Assembly (NCBI GenBank): GCA_020719845.1
Contig: DYPP01000003.1
Coordinates: forward strand, 46,810-110,809
DNA from: Treponema denticola
GTDB taxonomy: Bacteria > Spirochaetota > Spirochaetia > Treponematales > Breznakiellaceae
Direction: 5' to 3'
DNA length: 64,000 nucleotides
In this document: piece after piece, positions 21,730 through 32,054 of the stretch
Numbering within the stretch: the stretch's first letter is position 1
Layout of the letters: every line of letters begins with the position of its first letter
Position numbers and translations under genes: made by a program
The notes under the pieces: model-generated
Told to the model about the DNA's origin: nothing
The model's input: the letters and a program-made list of their open reading frames with translations, nothing else
Databases searched by the model: none

Positions 21730-22578
21730 TTGGATACCCATGCTTGCCTGTATCACATACATGAGCTCCTGCCCTATTTGAGCCTTAAAGAAAAAATCGT
21801 CGCCGAGCACATCCTGGGTTATCCGGAGGCGTCGGTGCACCCCAGCATCGAGGAACTGGCCGAAAGGATCGGCGTCAGCGAATCGACCCTGTTCCGTTTT
21901 GTGCGTCGCCTCGGCTATTCGGGATACCAGCAATTCCGCATCGCCCTGGCTACCGAAACCGTGGATCCGCATAAAACCATCTTTGAGCAGGATATCGCCA
22001 CGATGGACGAAAAGTCCGCCCTGGTTCGGGTCTTCAAGACCAGCATCACCGCCCTGGAACAGACCATCTCGGTCATCGATCCGGCTGATCTGCTCCGGGT
22101 AGCCGAAAAGATCATCGCCGCGGAGCGGATCTTTTTTTTCGGTCTCGGCGGCTCGTCCATCGTAGCCCAAGACGCGTACCACAAACTGGTGCGTTCCGGC
22201 CTGGCCTGCTGCGCCCCCCTGGATTTTCATATGCAGTTGATGCAGGCCTCCCAATTACGCACCAACGACGCGGTACTGCTGATCTCCCATACCGGGGTCA
22301 ACAAGGATGCCCTGGCCATCGCCGAAACCGTCAAACAAAGCGGCGCCGGGCTGATCGTCATTTCCAATTATGGCCGTTCGCCGCTGGTAAAATTGGCGGA
22401 TATTTCCCTGCTGGTGCACACCAAGGGCAATCCCTACGCGTCGGAAGCCTTTTCAGCCCGGATCGTACAGTTGGCGCTCATCGATTGCCTTTACGTCATG
22501 ATAATGGACAGACTGGGCAGCGACGGACACAAACAGCTGGAGCGGATGCGCCGGACCATCGCCGGTCGGCGCACATAA
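21730..22578 (+). CDS. MurR/RpiR-family transcriptional regulator (HTH + SIS domain)
   Basis: 282 aa. The TTG start is preceded by AGGAG with a 6-nt spacer. The HTH reads SIEELAERIGVSESTLFRFVRRLGYSGY and the SIS domain reads RIFFFGLGGSSIVAQDA. Confidence 0.85.
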   Translation: MDTHACLYHIHELLPYLSLKEKIVAEHILGYPEASVHPSIEELAERIGVSESTLFRFVRRLGYSGYQQFRIALATETVDPHKTIFEQDIATMDEKSALVRVFKTSITALEQTISVIDPADLLRVAEKIIAAERIFFFGLGGSSIVAQDAYHKLVRSGLACCAPLDFHMQLMQASQLRTNDAVLLISHTGVNKDALAIAETVKQSGAGLIVISNYGRSPLVKLADISLLVHTKGNPYASEAFSARIVQLALIDCLYVMIMDRLGSDGHKQLERMRRTIAGRRT

Positions 22579-22605
22579 TATTTTTTCAAATCCAAGGAGT
22601 CGTCC

Positions 22606-23637
22606 ATGAAAGCGTTGCTGTTGGATGGACCAAGTCACTTTATAATTACCGATGTCCCCATTCCGGCATTGGTGGACGCCCGGGACGTCCTGATCCGGGT
22701 CCGGGCGGCATCCATCTGCGGCAGCGACGTGCACGGGATGGATGGATCCACGGGACGCCGTATTCCCCCCATCATCATGGGCCACGAAGCCGCGGGAAGC
22801 ATCGAAGCCGTCGGCCCCGGAGTGCGCGGGTTTGCCGTCGGCGACCGGGTCACCTTCGATTCCACCATTTATTGCGGCGAGTGCTCCTTTTGCCGCCAAG
22901 GGTTGGTCAACCTCTGCGACCATCGCCGGGTGCTGGGCGTTTCCTGCGCCGAATACCGGCAGGACGGCGCTTTTGCCGAATACGTCGTCGTCCCCGAGCG
23001 GATCCTGTACCGTTTACCGGATAACCTGGACTTTGTGTCCGCCGCCATGGCCGAACCCCTGGCGGTAGCCGCCCACGCGGCCCGCACCGCCGCCCCCGCG
23101 CCCGGTTCATCCCGGCTGGTCGTCGGAACGGGTCTGATCGGCTTGCTCCTGATCCGCGTTCTCCGGTTGAACGGATCGGGTCCGCTCATCGCCGTGGATC
23201 TGGATCAGGGACGGCTGGACAACGCCCGGCGTTTCGGCGCCGACGCGACCATCCTGGCCGGTCCGGACGCCGTCGAACAGGTGCGGCAGCTGACCGGCGG
23301 ACGGGGCGCCGATTACGCCTTTGAAGTGGTCGGCGCCACCGCCCCCCTGCGGACCGCCGTCGATGGTCTGCGGAAGGGCGGCACCCTGACCCTGGTGGGC
23401 AACATCAGCCCCACGGTGGAGCTGCCCCTGCAGTCCATCGTAACCCGTCAGCTGACCCTCAAAGGCTCCGCCGCCATCGCCGACGAATACCCCTTTGCCC
23501 TGGATCTGATGAGCTCCGGCACGGTGGACGTTAAAGCGCTGGTCAGCGCGGTCGCGCCCCTCTCCGAAGGCGCGTCCTGGTTTGCCCGACTGCACGCCCG
23601 GGAACCGGGTCTACTCAAAATCGTCCTGGAGCCCTGA
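22606..23637 (+). CDS. zinc-dependent alcohol/polyol dehydrogenase (MDR family)
   Basis: 343 aa with CGSDVH, the GHEAAG zinc motif, a structural Zn cysteine cluster (CGECSFCRQGLVNLC), and the Rossmann motif VVGTGLIGLL. Confidence 0.85.
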   Translation: MKALLLDGPSHFIITDVPIPALVDARDVLIRVRAASICGSDVHGMDGSTGRRIPPIIMGHEAAGSIEAVGPGVRGFAVGDRVTFDSTIYCGECSFCRQGLVNLCDHRRVLGVSCAEYRQDGAFAEYVVVPERILYRLPDNLDFVSAAMAEPLAVAAHAARTAAPAPGSSRLVVGTGLIGLLLIRVLRLNGSGPLIAVDLDQGRLDNARRFGADATILAGPDAVEQVRQLTGGRGADYAFEVVGATAPLRTAVDGLRKGGTLTLVGNISPTVELPLQSIVTRQLTLKGSAAIADEYPFALDLMSSGTVDVKALVSAVAPLSEGASWFARLHAREPGLLKIVLEP

Positions 23638-23647
23638 GGAGCATCCG

Positions 23648-24730
23648 ATGCACCGTATCCGCTACGCCATCGCCGCCTACGGCAAGGTTGCCCGGCTGCA
23701 CGCCCGGGCCTTGAAAACGGTAGACAACGCCGAACTGGTGGCCGTCTGGGGTCGCGACCCCGCAAAGCGGGCCGCCTTCGCGGCGGAATTCGGCATCCGC
23801 CCCTTCGCGGACCTGACGACTATGGTCCAGGAGGCCTCCGTCGACGCCGTCATTGTCGCTTCGCCCCATCCGCAGCATCGGGAACACACGCTGGAAGCCT
23901 TACGCGCCGGCGCCCACGTGCTGATCGAAAAACCCATGGCCCTGACCAGCGCCGACTGCGACGCCATGATCGACGCCGCAAAGTACGGCAACCGCAAGCT
24001 CTCCGTCATCAGCCAACGGCGCTGGTATCCTTCGGCCCAGCGGATCCGCCAAGCCCTGGATTCGGGCAAGCTCGGCGCCCCCGCCCTGGGCCAGGCCATC
24101 ATGCTCGGCTGGCGGGATGAAAACTACTACCGCAGCGATCCCTGGCGCGGCAGCTGGGCCGGCGAAGGCGGCGGCGTGCTGGTCAACCAGGCTCCGCATC
24201 AGCTGGACTTGCTGCAGTGGTTCATGGGCCCGGCGGAGGAAGTATCCGGGTATTGGGGGAACCTCAACCATCCCTACATCGAAGTGGAAGACACGGCGGT
24301 GGTGAGCGTGCGTTTTGCCCAGGGCGCCCTGGGATCCATTTTGGTCAGCAATTCCCAGAAACCGGGCATCTACGCCAAAGTCCACGTGCACGGCCGCAAC
24401 GGCGCGTCCGCCGGGGTGCAGACCGACGGCGGCGCCATGTTCGTGGCGGGCATATCGGACATCGTGGACCCCCCGGTGAACGACCTTTGGACCATCGCCG
24501 GCGAAGAATACCTGCTGGAACGCTGGAAGCAGGAGGATACGGAATTCTTCAAGACCATCGACGCCACCGAATACTTCCACGCCCGGCAATTCACCGATTT
24601 TGCCGACAGCATCCTCCACGACCGGGAGCCGTCGGTCAGCGGCGCGGACGGCCGGGCTACCACCGCGCTGATCGAAGCCATCTACGAATCCGGCCGCCGC
24701 AACCAACCGATACGTATCATTGCAAGGTGA
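23648..24730 (+). CDS. Gfo/Idh/MocA-family oxidoreductase
   Basis: From ORF 23582..24730. The start is set at ATG 23648, after GAGGAG. The sequence shows YAIAAYGKVARLHA... and VLIEKPMALT. Confidence 0.8.
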   Translation: MHRIRYAIAAYGKVARLHARALKTVDNAELVAVWGRDPAKRAAFAAEFGIRPFADLTTMVQEASVDAVIVASPHPQHREHTLEALRAGAHVLIEKPMALTSADCDAMIDAAKYGNRKLSVISQRRWYPSAQRIRQALDSGKLGAPALGQAIMLGWRDENYYRSDPWRGSWAGEGGGVLVNQAPHQLDLLQWFMGPAEEVSGYWGNLNHPYIEVEDTAVVSVRFAQGALGSILVSNSQKPGIYAKVHVHGRNGASAGVQTDGGAMFVAGISDIVDPPVNDLWTIAGEEYLLERWKQEDTEFFKTIDATEYFHARQFTDFADSILHDREPSVSGADGRATTALIEAIYESGRRNQPIRIIAR

Positions 24731-24757
24731 ACGTCTACCTGCTATGCTTGGTAGACG

Positions 24758-25705
24758 ATGAAAGCCGAACTCGTCGCCCAAGTCCTGATACGCGGTGCCG
24801 CGTCGATAATTCAGGGGAAAAGTGAATTCCTGGAACTTCTGACGGCCGCAGTGCTGGCCAAAGGCCATGTTTTGCTGGAAGACCTTCCCGGCCTCGGCAA
24901 GACGACGGTAGCCAAGACCTTTGCCCGTCTCATCGCCGGCGACGACGGCGTCCCCCTGACGTTCAAGCGCATCCAGTTCACGCCGGACCTTTTACCCTAC
25001 GACATCACCGGCGTGGACATCTTCGACGCCGAATCCCGATCCTTCCGATTTATACCGGGTCCAATCTTTGCCAACATCGTGCTGGCGGATGAAATCAACC
25101 GGACCACCCCCAAGGTCCAATCGTCGTTGCTGGAAGTAATGGCCGAAAACCAGGTTACCGTCGGCAACACCACCCGGCAGTCGCCGTCCCCCTTCGTCGT
25201 GCTGGCCACCCAGAATCCCATCGAAAGCGAAGGCACGTTCCCCCTGCCTGCGGCCCAGCTGGACCGGTTCATGATGCGCCTCAGCCTGGGCTATCCGGAC
25301 CGTAAGGCGGAATTGTCGATACTGGAAGAAAACCCCGCCGATCGACTGCTCTCCGCGCTGCAACCGGTGATCGGGGTGTCGGATTTTGTCGCCGCCCGGC
25401 AGGCGGCGGAAGCCGTCTATTGCCACCCCAGCCTGAAGGAGGCGGTAGCGGATATCGTGCGCGAAACCCGAACGCACAAGGGCGTACTGCTGGGCGCCTC
25501 TCCCCGGGCCGGTCTGCACCTGCTCCAGGCCTGCCGGGCCCTGGCGCTGGTCAAAGGCCGGGCCTACGCCACGGATGAAGACCTGCTCGCGGTCGCCCCT
25601 GCGGTCCTTGCGCACCGGATCAGGCTGCGGGATCCCCGATCCCGTACGGACGCGCTCATCCGGGAGATAAGCCTTGCGCGGGCAGAACTGGTCAAAACAA
25701 ACTGA
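24758..25705 (+). CDS. MoxR-family AAA+ ATPase
   Basis: 315 aa with a Walker A (LPGLGKTT), ADEINRTTPKVQSSLLE and ATQNPIESEGTFPLPAAQLDRF. Confidence 0.9.
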   Translation: MKAELVAQVLIRGAASIIQGKSEFLELLTAAVLAKGHVLLEDLPGLGKTTVAKTFARLIAGDDGVPLTFKRIQFTPDLLPYDITGVDIFDAESRSFRFIPGPIFANIVLADEINRTTPKVQSSLLEVMAENQVTVGNTTRQSPSPFVVLATQNPIESEGTFPLPAAQLDRFMMRLSLGYPDRKAELSILEENPADRLLSALQPVIGVSDFVAARQAAEAVYCHPSLKEAVADIVRETRTHKGVLLGASPRAGLHLLQACRALALVKGRAYATDEDLLAVAPAVLAHRIRLRDPRSRTDALIREISLARAELVKTN

Positions 25706-26891
25706 GCTCCCCGGGCCGAGTGCCGTCGGCTGGAGCCTGGGCGGCCTGGCCTTGGCCGCCCTCGTCGTCGGATTGATCCGCCGCGACGCGGGCTTGACGC
25801 TGTTGAGCGCCGTATTCATCAGCATTCTTGTCTACGCTTTTTTAGCCGTCTTTCTGGTCGCGCTGGGCCGCGGGGCTTCGATCCGGAGCCTCTCTTGTTC
25901 ATTCGTCCCCGCCGAACCCGGCTACGGCGACCCGCTGCGGATTTACCTGCCAGATTTTTCCCCCGGCCAGGCGCGATGGCGCCCCCTGGGCGTACTGGCC
26001 CGCTACGAAGTCGCCCTCTCGACTCTGGATGGCCGGACCTGGGAACGCTGCATCGACCCGGATCGGCGGCCGGCGGCCGGGTATGGCCCCTTTCCGGCGG
26101 GCAACCGGGGCGCGTACTTCGGCGACCACGACCAGCTGGTATTCTACGACGTTTTTGGATTCTTCAGCCGTCGATTCCGCCTGGGGCAAGAGACGGGACC
26201 CCGTCTGCTGGTGCGCCCCAAACCGGCGGACGAATATTTGGCCGCCTCGGTGGCGGCGGGCGGCAGTGAACTCCGGGAAGAACCACGCTACCACCGGACT
26301 GAAGACCTGACCGATCACCGGCCCTACCATCCCGGCGACGATCCGCGGCGCATCAACTGGAAGCTGTTCGGCCACGTCGGCGATCTTTTTGTGCGCGACG
26401 GGGAACCCGAACCGCCGCCGCGCTCCCGTTTTGCCGTACTCCTCGATTGCTCCGTGGACCGGAATCTCTTTTCTATAGAAGCCGGACGCTCCGCGCTGGA
26501 TTTGCTGGCCGAACAGGCGCTCGGCGTGCTCGTCGACCTGCACAATCGGGGTATGGAGGTTTTAATCGGTTATTCGGGAAGCGACATCAAACCGCTTGAT
26601 CCCGCCGCCGGCGCCCGCTTCCTGGCCTTTCCCGCAGCGCTGCCGCTGGAAACGGAAGCCGACCTTCCGATGCCGGGGGATGGGTGGGGCGTGCTCATCC
26701 TGGCCTTGCCCCGCACCGCTTCGGTGGACGGCGGCCTTTCTTCTCTGGACCGCTTCATAACCCGTTTTCGGCATAAGCCGCTGGAGTTGATCTTAATCCA
26801 CGACCGCCGGCTATCGGCGGAATCCGTTTCCGCCTGCATGGCGGCGTACGCGCAGAAGGGAGGCCTCCATGTCCGCGGACTCCCGGTCTGA
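25674..26891 (+). CDS. DUF58-domain protein (MoxR partner)
   Basis: 405 aa. The TTG start has GGGAG 7 nt upstream and overlaps the moxR 3' end by 32 nt. It has two N-terminal TM helices and the DUF58 signature HRPYHPGDDPRRINWK. Confidence 0.75.
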   Translation: MRGQNWSKQTELPGPSAVGWSLGGLALAALVVGLIRRDAGLTLLSAVFISILVYAFLAVFLVALGRGASIRSLSCSFVPAEPGYGDPLRIYLPDFSPGQARWRPLGVLARYEVALSTLDGRTWERCIDPDRRPAAGYGPFPAGNRGAYFGDHDQLVFYDVFGFFSRRFRLGQETGPRLLVRPKPADEYLAASVAAGGSELREEPRYHRTEDLTDHRPYHPGDDPRRINWKLFGHVGDLFVRDGEPEPPPRSRFAVLLDCSVDRNLFSIEAGRSALDLLAEQALGVLVDLHNRGMEVLIGYSGSDIKPLDPAAGARFLAFPAALPLETEADLPMPGDGWGVLILALPRTASVDGGLSSLDRFITRFRHKPLELILIHDRRLSAESVSACMAAYAQKGGLHVRGLPV

Positions 26892-29800
26892 ATGGCCTGC
26901 CCTGCTCCTGCGGTCCACGGCGCTTTTTGGACTGCTCTTCCATTTCGGGCTCATCGCCCGGGACCTGGTCGATTTGGGCGTCTATTCGGCGGCGCTGACG
27001 CTGGCTTTCATCCTGGCCTTTTTAGGCGCTTTTACCCCGCCCCGACACCGCATCCCGGGAAGACGAGCGAATTGGTGGACTCTGGCCGTAGTGGCCGCGC
27101 TGCCCTGGCTCTGCCGCGCCGCCCTCGTGCTTCCCCGGCTCTTCATCACCGGTATCGCGGTGCGGTTGGACGCGACGCTCCTTCATTTTGACCGCAACCT
27201 GATGGTCTTCATCCTGCCCTATTACTGGGCCGCCGCCGGCACGTACGCGGTCGCCCACAGCCGCCGCCTGCTTCGGGCGGACATCCTGGTTTCGATTCTC
27301 GCGCTGTTCCTGCTGTTCCCGCTGGTCCGGGCGGCAAACCTCGACGTGTATGCCCAGCCCGTGCTTTTGATCGCCGTCTTTGCGGGAATTGCCGTCTTGC
27401 TGCTGTTCGCCCTGATGCTGTCCTTGCCGCAACCCTACCGGGTCGGAGGGCGGGATATCCCGGGGTCCGCAGTAATCACCGCCATCCTCGTTTTCGGCGC
27501 TTCCTGGTTTCTCATCGCGCCGCTGCAAGAGGGCGATCTGGATCGCGGCGGCGGTCTGATCCAGCCTGATCTGTTTCGGTTTGATTTTTCACAGATATTG
27601 ACGCTGGAAAGCGAAATCAGCCTGAATGACGATCTGGTGCTCATCGTCCGCAAGGAGCCGGAAGAAACGCATACCCTGCTGCGCCGCTATGTTCTGTCCG
27701 GGTATGATCAAAAACGCGGCTTTTACCGGGATGAGCGCCGGGATGAGCAAAATCACCCCCAACGGCTGCCCGACGCCACGATAGATCTAGCCACCCCAAC
27801 CTGGAAAGCCGGCCAACGATCGCGGCAGGAATTCTACCTGGTGAACTTTGATCCCTCCGCCTTCATCGCCTTGAACCAGCCGCGCCGCATCGTTCCTTTT
27901 GACCGCTGGGACGCTGCTTCCTTCAGTTCCGCCTACGCCGTGGAAAGCGAAACCAGCTCCGCCCTGCCTTTCGAACTCATGGACGCCGGTCCGGCGTCTC
28001 CGAATCCCGAGGCGCTGGGTATGCCGACGGAAGAATACCGCTGGTACACCGACTATGGGGATGACGAAAAAATCGCCGCCTACGCCCGGGAGCAGACCGC
28101 AGGGCTGACCGGGTACTGGGATCGGGTACAGGCGTTGTACGAACACCTCAAGTACGGCGAATACCGCTACAGCCTAAAACCGGGGATCGCCGCAGACGGC
28201 AATCAGCTGCACCACTTTCTTTTTCTGGCCAAAAAGGGCTACTGCTCCTACTTTGCCTTTTCCCTGTCTTTGCTGCTCCGTTCCCAGGGCATTCCGGCCC
28301 GGGTCGCCGTCGGATTCTTCGTCGATCCCGAGACCAATACCTTTGATTATTATCCGGTACGATCCGACATGGCCCACGCCTGGGTTGAAGTGTTTTTTCC
28401 CGGATACGGCTGGATAGAATACGACCCCACCTCCGAGGTTCTGGCGGAAGGAGAAAACTTCCGCTTTTCCGACGGCGTGCCGCCGGACCTGTTTGAGCGC
28501 CTGATGAAAGAAATTCTGCGGAACAGGGACCTTCTCCGTCCCCGGGAATCCCCCGACGCCGACGACCCGCAGGCCTTGTTGCCCGGGCTGACCGCGCAAA
28601 CCTTGTCGTTTTTACGTACCTACTGGACGTTTTTGACCGGCGTTCTCCTGTTGGCCATCTTTGCCGGAATCCGCTTTGGAAAGTACCTTACCGCGTCTCT
28701 CGCACCCCAGCCCCGCGCTTTCGCCCGGCGCCTGGGCGCCCACGTCCGTCGGCGACTGGCTCTGGCGGGCTTCCGTGGCGTTCCGGCCGAGACGGCCGGC
28801 GATTTCGGCCGGCGGCTCGACCAAGGTCTGAACCTCAACCTGGAAGTCTTTTTTGAAAGCGTAACCGCCGCCCGCTTTGCCCCCGTTTTTGATTCCGGGG
28901 ACCGCGAACGTATGGGGCAGCGATACCGGGCGTTCTCCGCCGCGTACCGGCGCAGCGTACCCGGCCCGCGCCGAGCCCTGGCCGTACTGTTTCCGCCGCT
29001 GGCCCTGCTTTTGCCACCGTCCGGAACGCGGACGCCGCCGGGCGGCGGGTGGACGTTCCTGGCGGCGCTGCTGTTGGCCGGCATCCTGTCCACGGACCAG
29101 CTCAAGGCGCAAGCAACGGAGAGCGCCGCGGACCGGCTCTACGCGGACGCCGCGTCCGCCCAGGAAAGCGAGCGCTGGGAACAAGCCATCTCGCTCTACA
29201 AGACCGGCGCGGCCGCGTATCCCGAAGACGTCCGCTTTCCCCGGGCTCTGGGCGACCTCTACCAGTCCCGCCGGCTCTACAACCTGGCCTGGGACGAATA
29301 CCGCCGGGTGGAGACTCGATTACCGAACGATCCGGACCTTTTGTATCAACTGGCCGGCGTTTCCGGCCGGCTTAATCAGGACGATACGGCGATAGCGTAT
29401 CTGCGGCGGCTCCTGGAACTCGACCGGGACAACCGCGATGCCATCGGGGACTTGGGGTGGATGTACTTTAAACGTCATCGCCTGCAGGAGGGCGAAGCGC
29501 TGTTGTTGGAGGCTTTGCAACGCCTTTATCCGGATCGTGGTTTTTCCATGACCCTGGGAACCATCTACGCGGATATGTTCCGCTATGAAGAATCAAAAAC
29601 ACGGTATCTGGAATCCATCGCCGACGCGGAGCAAGAGAACGCCCAGCTTTTTCTGGCCGTGGCGTACTACAATCTTTCCATCCTGGAGTCGCGGCACTAC
29701 CATTACGCCGACGCTTTCCAGAACACCGAGCTTTCCCTGGCCGCCGAGGATCGGGCTTCTGGCCATCTTGCCCGGGGCGAACTCCAACTGCGCCGCCTGG

Positions 29801-30795
29801 ATTTTTCCCGGACCTTCGCCGACTACTTTGCGGCCTACGAGATCGACGTATCACCGCTCTCCAAAATAAACATCGCCCAGGCCTATCAAATAGCGGGGAA
29901 GCTGCAGGAGGCTCGATCCTACGCGGAAGAAACGCTTTCGGCCCGGGATCTTTCGTGGATGCTCAACTACGGTACGGATCTCAATCGGCATTATCGGGAT
30001 CTGCACGACATTCTCTCGGATACCTATAAGGGCTTGGCCAAGTCGGACCCGAATCCGGTTCGTCGCGTCCAGCATCGCTTCTTCTATCTGGTGCACGAAA
30101 AGCTGTATCGAAAATACTCCCTGTCGGTCGCTTCCGCCTACGCCGGGGAGCACCAGGAGCTGGACGCCCTCCTGAACTACTACAACGCCTTTGAAGAGTA
30201 TCCGCGGATCAATCTGGCGTATCTCCGGCAAGCCCGCCGTTTTGAGACCGCCCTGATCCCCCAATCCGCTCCAACCTACGACATCGAGGAAGGCCGGCTG
30301 GTCGGCGATCCGGCGCTGCTCCGGCGCGCCCTGGACCAGCTGGATCCGGTGTGGGAGCGGGACCTGATCGCCGACGTCTACGCTAATCTGGCCTTGCTTG
30401 CTGCCGCGCGCCGGGATACCGAAGCGGAGCGGGATGCGGCGGAACGGCTGTACGCGCTGAACCGCGGCGCGCTGCGCCAGAACGGGATCCGGCTTCCGGT
30501 TCGGTTGGACCTCGGCCTCCCCCCAGGGACCAGCGCGGCCACCGCCGCAGGCATCCGTCGCCGCCTGGTCCAGGCGCTCCGGGATTCCGGCATAACCGCC
30601 GATACCACGGACACGGCCCGGGGCAGGTACCTTTTACGCATCGACCTGTCGGCAAACAACGCGACCGGGGAACTCGACGACCTGGGGCGCGGCACCACGC
30701 TGCTGCGCCGCACGAGCGTCCTGCCGTCGTTCGACCGGAAGGCCTTGGCCGATTTTTCCCGCGTTTTGGAACAAGGGCTTTTCGCCGTGGATTGA
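26869..30795 (+). CDS. large membrane protein: polytopic N-domain + transglutaminase-like core + C-terminal TPR-repeat region
   Basis: 1308 aa. The ATG follows GGAGG and overlaps the DUF58 gene by 23 nt. The Cys-His-Asp core reads KKGYCSYFAF ... DMAHAWVEVFFPGYGWIEYDPT. TPR-like repeats run from about aa 740 to 1000. Confidence 0.8.
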   Translation: MSADSRSEWPALLLRSTALFGLLFHFGLIARDLVDLGVYSAALTLAFILAFLGAFTPPRHRIPGRRANWWTLAVVAALPWLCRAALVLPRLFITGIAVRLDATLLHFDRNLMVFILPYYWAAAGTYAVAHSRRLLRADILVSILALFLLFPLVRAANLDVYAQPVLLIAVFAGIAVLLLFALMLSLPQPYRVGGRDIPGSAVITAILVFGASWFLIAPLQEGDLDRGGGLIQPDLFRFDFSQILTLESEISLNDDLVLIVRKEPEETHTLLRRYVLSGYDQKRGFYRDERRDEQNHPQRLPDATIDLATPTWKAGQRSRQEFYLVNFDPSAFIALNQPRRIVPFDRWDAASFSSAYAVESETSSALPFELMDAGPASPNPEALGMPTEEYRWYTDYGDDEKIAAYAREQTAGLTGYWDRVQALYEHLKYGEYRYSLKPGIAADGNQLHHFLFLAKKGYCSYFAFSLSLLLRSQGIPARVAVGFFVDPETNTFDYYPVRSDMAHAWVEVFFPGYGWIEYDPTSEVLAEGENFRFSDGVPPDLFERLMKEILRNRDLLRPRESPDADDPQALLPGLTAQTLSFLRTYWTFLTGVLLLAIFAGIRFGKYLTASLAPQPRAFARRLGAHVRRRLALAGFRGVPAETAGDFGRRLDQGLNLNLEVFFESVTAARFAPVFDSGDRERMGQRYRAFSAAYRRSVPGPRRALAVLFPPLALLLPPSGTRTPPGGGWTFLAALLLAGILSTDQLKAQATESAADRLYADAASAQESERWEQAISLYKTGAAAYPEDVRFPRALGDLYQSRRLYNLAWDEYRRVETRLPNDPDLLYQLAGVSGRLNQDDTAIAYLRRLLELDRDNRDAIGDLGWMYFKRHRLQEGEALLLEALQRLYPDRGFSMTLGTIYADMFRYEESKTRYLESIADAEQENAQLFLAVAYYNLSILESRHYHYADAFQNTELSLAAEDRASGHLARGELQLRRLDFSRTFADYFAAYEIDVSPLSKINIAQAYQIAGKLQEARSYAEETLSARDLSWMLNYGTDLNRHYRDLHDILSDTYKGLAKSDPNPVRRVQHRFFYLVHEKLYRKYSLSVASAYAGEHQELDALLNYYNAFEEYPRINLAYLRQARRFETALIPQSAPTYDIEEGRLVGDPALLRRALDQLDPVWERDLIADVYANLALLAAARRDTEAERDAAERLYALNRGALRQNGIRLPVRLDLGLPPGTSAATAAGIRRRLVQALRDSGITADTTDTARGRYLLRIDLSANNATGELDDLGRGTTLLRRTSVLPSFDRKALADFSRVLEQGLFAVD

Positions 30796-30883
30796 TCGAC
30801 CGTCGGCTGCCGGCCGGTCTGTACCGTAATGCGCTATACTCTTGGTTGCGGTCGTTATATTATGTGGACCAAGGAGCTCCGCC

Positions 30884-32053
30884 ATGGATCAACGACGCTA
30901 TTTTTTCACCTCCGAATCGGTGGGCGAAGGCCACCCGGACAAGTTGTGCGACCAGATTTCCGATGCCGTGCTGGACGCCTGTATTGCGAATGATTCGCAA
31001 AGCAGGGTCGCCTGTGAAACCTTCGCCTCTACCGCCATGGTTCTGGTGGGCGGAGAGATCACCACCGAAACCTTCGTCGACATTCAACAGACGGTTCGGG
31101 ATGTCGTCAAGGACGTGGGCTACACCAATCCCGCCTTCGGGCTGGACTTTGAATCCATGGCCGTCCTGGACATGATCCACAGCCAGTCTCCGGACATCAG
31201 CCAGGGCGTATCCGGAACGGGGTTGGCGGAATTCCAGGGTCTTCAGGGAGCCGGCGACCAGGGAATGATGTTCGGTTTTGCCTGCACCGAAACTCCCGAG
31301 CTGATGCCGGCACCGATCGCCCTGGCTCATCAGTTATTGCTGTCGGCTACCCGGCTCCGCAAAGATAAGACCATCCCCTGGCTGCGGCCGGACGCCAAAA
31401 GCCAGGTCACCATCGAATACGAAGGCCACAATCCGATCCGGGTGGACACGGTGGTGGTCTCCCACCAGCACGACGACGGGATTCCGTACGAAGAAATCAA
31501 AGAGACCATCATCAACCGGATCGTCAAGCCCGTTCTGGAACCGACGGGACTGCTGAATTCGGATACCAAGTACTTCATCAATCCCACCGGCCGGTTCGTC
31601 ATCGGCGGACCCTTCGGCGACACCGGCCTGACGGGACGCAAGATTATCGTGGATACCTACGGCGGCATGGGACGCCACGGCGGCGGGGCTTTCTCCGGGA
31701 AGGACCCGACCAAAGTGGACCGGTCCGCGGCCTATATGGCCCGCTACGTAGCCAAGAACATCGTCGCCGCCGGCCTGGCCGAACGCTGCGAAGTCCAGCT
31801 GGCCTACGCCATCGGGGTGCCCTTCCCGGTCTCGGTCATGGTCGATACCTTCGGCACCGCCACGGTCGACGAACAGCGCATCGAAGCGGCGGTGCCCAGG
31901 GTGTTCGACCTTTCGCCTGCGGGCATTATCACATCTCTTGATCTGCGCCGTCCCATCTACCGCAAAACCGCCAGTTATGGGCACTTTGGTCGTGCGGGCT
32001 TTACCTGGGAACGAACGGATAAGGTAGCGGCGCTCAAGACGGCGGTGGGCTGA
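30884..32053 (+). CDS. metK: S-adenosylmethionine synthetase
   Basis: From ORF 30842..32053. The start is set at ATG 30884, which has AAGGAG at 30871-30876. Signatures: [41 protein letters not shown]. Confidence 0.97.
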   Translation: MDQRRYFFTSESVGEGHPDKLCDQISDAVLDACIANDSQSRVACETFASTAMVLVGGEITTETFVDIQQTVRDVVKDVGYTNPAFGLDFESMAVLDMIHSQSPDISQGVSGTGLAEFQGLQGAGDQGMMFGFACTETPELMPAPIALAHQLLLSATRLRKDKTIPWLRPDAKSQVTIEYEGHNPIRVDTVVVSHQHDDGIPYEEIKETIINRIVKPVLEPTGLLNSDTKYFINPTGRFVIGGPFGDTGLTGRKIIVDTYGGMGRHGGGAFSGKDPTKVDRSAAYMARYVAKNIVAAGLAERCEVQLAYAIGVPFPVSVMVDTFGTATVDEQRIEAAVPRVFDLSPAGIITSLDLRRPIYRKTASYGHFGRAGFTWERTDKVAALKTAVG

Positions 32054-32054
32054 G

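Noticed and set aside
30796-30883. A possible SAM-type riboswitch or RBS-sequestering hairpin (CUUGGU...ACCAAG) in the metK leader.
   Set aside because: The spacer is only 88 nt, and I cannot match it to any SAM riboswitch consensus I know. A TATACT -10-like element at 30834-30839 would put the TSS inside the left arm of the hairpin. The evidence is insufficient.
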